Shown here: positions 61,221 through 64,000 of the stretch, piece by piece
How positions within the stretch are numbered: the stretch's first letter is position 1
Layout of the letters: every line of letters begins with the position of its first letter
Assembly (NCBI GenBank): GCA_965237415.1
Contig: CBDEFM010000002.1
Location: 928,001-992,000, forward strand
Direction: 5' to 3'
Length of the DNA stretch: 64,000 nt
From: Alphaproteobacteria bacterium
Lineage (GTDB): Bacteria > Pseudomonadota > Alphaproteobacteria > UBA828
Program-made: the position numbers and the translations under genes
The notes under the pieces: model-generated
What the model was told of the DNA's origin: nothing
The model's database searches: none
Seen by the model: only the letters and a program-made list of their open reading frames with translations

Positions 61221-61793
61221 ATGCAGCGCATAATCCGCACCGCGATCGCAGGCGCGGCCACCGTAGCGTTCGCCATCTTCCTTTGGACCGGGCTTCCCAC
61301 CGCGTGGGCCGCGGCCATCGGCGGCTCCTTCGAGCTGATCGACCACACCGGGCAGACGGTCACCGAGGAAAGCTTCGACGACCGCTATCTGCTGGTCTAT
61401 TTCGGCTACGCCTACTGCCCTGACATCTGCCCGACGGAACTGCTCATCATGGGCCAAGCCGTGGACGAACTCGGCGACCTCAGCGACGAGGTTCAGCCGC
61501 TCTTCGTCACGGTCGACCCGGCACGCGATACTGTGGCGGCGCTTGCCGAGTATGTGCCCGCGCTCCATCCCCGCCTGGTTGGCCTCACCGGAAGCGAAGA
61601 GCAGATCCACGACGCAGCCAAGGCCTACCGCGTGTATTTCCGGCTCAACGAGCCGGATGAAGACGGCGCCTATCTGGTCGACCACACGTCCTACATCTAT
61701 TTCATGGACCCGGACGGCGACTACTTGACCCACTTCGTCTTCGGCCAGGGGCCTGAGAAGATGGCAGAGGTCATGCGCAAGCACCTGGACTGA
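61221..61793 (+). CDS. SCO1/SenC family copper chaperone
   Basis: FGYAYCPDICP, TVDPARD, VDHT. Confidence 0.93.
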   Translation: MQRIIRTAIAGAATVAFAIFLWTGLPTAWAAAIGGSFELIDHTGQTVTEESFDDRYLLVYFGYAYCPDICPTELLIMGQAVDELGDLSDEVQPLFVTVDPARDTVAALAEYVPALHPRLVGLTGSEEQIHDAAKAYRVYFRLNEPDEDGAYLVDHTSYIYFMDPDGDYLTHFVFGQGPEKMAEVMRKHLD

Positions 61794-61815
61794 GCGGGCA
61801 GAGCTAGGCGGGCGA

Positions 61816-62964
61816 ATGGCGGATTCGGGAGACAGTGCCGCCACCATCGCCGCGGCGCGGGAGCGCGAGAAACGCCTGCGCTCGATAACCCGGACGGCAC
61901 CGGACGCCATCGTCATCATCGATGAGGCCGGCACCATCGATACGGTAAACCCGGCGGCGGAACGCCTCTTCGGCTATTCCGGCGCCGAGCTCGTCGGCCA
62001 GAATGTGAAGATCCTCATGCCCTCGCCCCATCGGGAAGCCCACGATTCCCACCTGGCCCGCTATCGCGAGACGGGCGAGAAGCGCGTCATCGGAATCGGC
62101 CGAGTCGTGGTCGGCAGGCGTAAGGACGGGACGACCTTCCCCGCGCGCCTCGCGATCGGGGAGATCGAGCTCGATCAGGGGCGGCTCTTCACCGGCTTCC
62201 TCCACGACATCACCGAGCGGGAGACCATCCAGCGGCGCGCCGGCATCCTCCAGCAGGAGCTCATGCACGCCTCCAGACTCTCTGCCATGGGCGAGATGGC
62301 GTCGGGGATCGCGCACGAGCTGAACCAGCCGCTGACGGCCGTCATGAACTACACGCGGGCAGCGCGGCGGCGGCTCGACCGTCCTGAAGCGGACCCCGCG
62401 CCCGTCGCAGACCTCGTCGACAAAGCCGGCAAGCAGGCGGAGCGGGCGGCAGAGATCATCAAGCGGCTGCGGCGCTTCATCAAGAAGGACGACAGTGGCC
62501 GCCGCCTCGAGCCCATCAACGCAGTTGTCGAAGAAGCCGCGGCGCTGGCGCTGATCGGTGCGAGCGACCGACACATCGAGTTGATCTTCTCCTTGGACGA
62601 CGCGCTCCCGCCTGTCCTGATGGATCGCATTGAGGTGCAGCAGGTCGTACTCAACATCCTGCGGAACGCCATCGAAGCGTTCGAAGGACATGGCGAGCGA
62701 AAGATCCGCATCTCGACCCAGGCGGTCGCACCTCAGCAGGTGCGGGTCGATATCCGGGACAACGGCCCCGGCCTCGCGCCGGGTATTGCAGACGACCCGT
62801 TCCGCCCCTTCCAGACCACCAAGGCGGACGGTATGGGCATCGGCCTCGCCATCAGCCGCACAATCATCATCGCCCACGGCGGCCGGCTCTGGGCCGAGAG
62901 CCCGCCGGACGGCGGCGCCGTCTTCCGCTTCTCGCTGCCGGCCGGAGGTAAATCCAATGGCTGA
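61816..62964 (+). CDS. fixL: FixL-like soluble heme-PAS histidine kinase
   Basis: MPSPHREAHD...RVIGIGRVVVGRRKDGTTFP, AHELNQPL, GMGIGL. Confidence 0.85.
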   Translation: MADSGDSAATIAAAREREKRLRSITRTAPDAIVIIDEAGTIDTVNPAAERLFGYSGAELVGQNVKILMPSPHREAHDSHLARYRETGEKRVIGIGRVVVGRRKDGTTFPARLAIGEIELDQGRLFTGFLHDITERETIQRRAGILQQELMHASRLSAMGEMASGIAHELNQPLTAVMNYTRAARRRLDRPEADPAPVADLVDKAGKQAERAAEIIKRLRRFIKKDDSGRRLEPINAVVEEAAALALIGASDRHIELIFSLDDALPPVLMDRIEVQQVVLNILRNAIEAFEGHGERKIRISTQAVAPQQVRVDIRDNGPGLAPGIADDPFRPFQTTKADGMGIGLAISRTIIIAHGGRLWAESPPDGGAVFRFSLPAGGKSNG

Positions 62965-63583
62965 CGGGGGCGTCGTGGTCGCGGTCATCGACGATGACGA
63001 CGCCGTGCGCGATTCGCTGGGCGCGCTGCTGGAGGCGGAGGGTTACGACGTGGACACTTACGCCTCGGGCCCGGCTTTCCTGGAGGCCCTGCCGGACGCC
63101 CTGCCTGCCTGCGCTCTCGTCGATGTGCGGATGCCGGAAATGGATGGGCTGGAGTTGCAGCGGAGGCTGGCGGACGCCGCACCGGCGCTGCCGGTCATCA
63201 TCATCACGGGTCACGGCGACATCGCGATGGCGGTCAGAGCGATCAAGGCCGGCGCCGTCGATTTCGTCGAAAAACCGTTCCCGGATCGCGCAATTTTGGA
63301 CGGTATCGCGCAGGCGCTCGCCTCGCGTGAGGAAGCGCTCAACCGCGAGACGCGGCGTCTCGACATCCACCGGCGACTCGACCGGCTGACGGCGCGGGAG
63401 CGCGAGGTCTTCGAACGGCTGGCTCGCGGAAGCTCGAACAAGGCCGCCGCCCGCGACCTGGGCATCAGTCCGCGCACTATCGAGGTGCACCGCGCGCGGA
63501 TCATGGAGAAACTGCAGGCGCGCAATCTCGCGCATCTCGTGCGCATGGCGGTGATCGCGCAGGTGAACATGGGCGATATCTAA
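62957..63583 (+). CDS. fixJ: FixJ-like response regulator
   Basis: IDDD, DVRMP, TGHGDI..AV.AIKAGAVDF.EKP, LuxR-type HTH ISPRTIEVHRA. Confidence 0.88.
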   Translation: MADGGVVVAVIDDDDAVRDSLGALLEAEGYDVDTYASGPAFLEALPDALPACALVDVRMPEMDGLELQRRLADAAPALPVIIITGHGDIAMAVRAIKAGAVDFVEKPFPDRAILDGIAQALASREEALNRETRRLDIHRRLDRLTAREREVFERLARGSSNKAAARDLGISPRTIEVHRARIMEKLQARNLAHLVRMAVIAQVNMGDI

Positions 63584-63641
63584 CCTTTCCGTTGCGCCGA
63601 TAGGCGCGGCACCGCCGCCAGAAGCTATGCCTGTCGCTCCC

Positions 63642-63657
63642 TAAGGGAATTCCCTTA
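63642..63657. promoter_or_regulatory. Palindromic putative FixJ-type operator upstream of fixK
   Basis: Perfect 16-bp palindrome TAAGGGAATTCCCTTA. Confidence 0.55.
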
Positions 63658-63743
63658 CGCAACCGCCCTAATTGCGCGGCAGGGCGAAAAACACGAATTA
63701 CCCGTCCGGGAGGCCCGCAACGGTCGCGGGAAGGAAACTTACG

Positions 63744-64000
63744 ATGAACGTCGCCGCTAACAATCGGGCGGTGTATCCGGCCAGCGCCGGAGAGCCGTCC
63801 GCCGGATTCGACCGGCTCGACAGAATCGGCGCGATCAGACATCTCGCGCCGCACGAAACGCTCGCCCTTGAAGGCGACTCTGCCAACCGCTTCCATCGGG
63901 TGCTCAGCGGCACCATTGCCGGCTACAAGGCAACGGCGGACGGGCGCCGGCAAATCGTCGCGTTCTTCTTCCCGGGCGATCTGGTGGGTCTCACTACCGG
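63744..64000 (+). CDS. fixK: Crp/Fnr family regulator (FixK-like), truncated by window end
   Basis: Manual translation ...EGDSANRFHRVLSGTIAGYKATADGRRQIVAFFFPGDLVG; follows fixLJ. Confidence 0.8.
   Translation, partial: MNVAANNRAVYPASAGEPSAGFDRLDRIGAIRHLAPHETLALEGDSANRFHRVLSGTIAGYKATADGRRQIVAFFFPGDLVGLTT

Overview
High-GC alphaproteobacterial (Rhodospirillales-like) chromosomal segment. It carries core genes (tRNA-Ala, tRNA-Gln, purB, dnaE-rpsB-tsf-pyrH-frr-uppS, rpmG, hisN, fixL-fixJ-fixK) among many accessory amide/lactam/heterocycle catabolic genes: three amidases, an N,N-dimethylformamidase-like pair, an aminocaprolactam-racemase-like PLP enzyme, a hydantoinase A, and a B6-type ABC transporter with 4-pyridoxolactonase. 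The most unusual structures are mobile and repeat DNA. (i) Two near-identical 1408-bp IS1202-family-like elements are present. One has a clean 17-bp target duplication; the other has a 125-bp CTAG-targeting MITE in the CTAG of both terminal repeats. (ii) A third, diverged MITE copy splits the DMFase-like gene in a 9-kb catabolic cluster where every gene is broken. (iii) An unexplained intergenic repeat family has three members, two of them carrying a variable array of ~10-bp-phased GGGAT units. Family assignments come from motif recognition only; no database searches were run.
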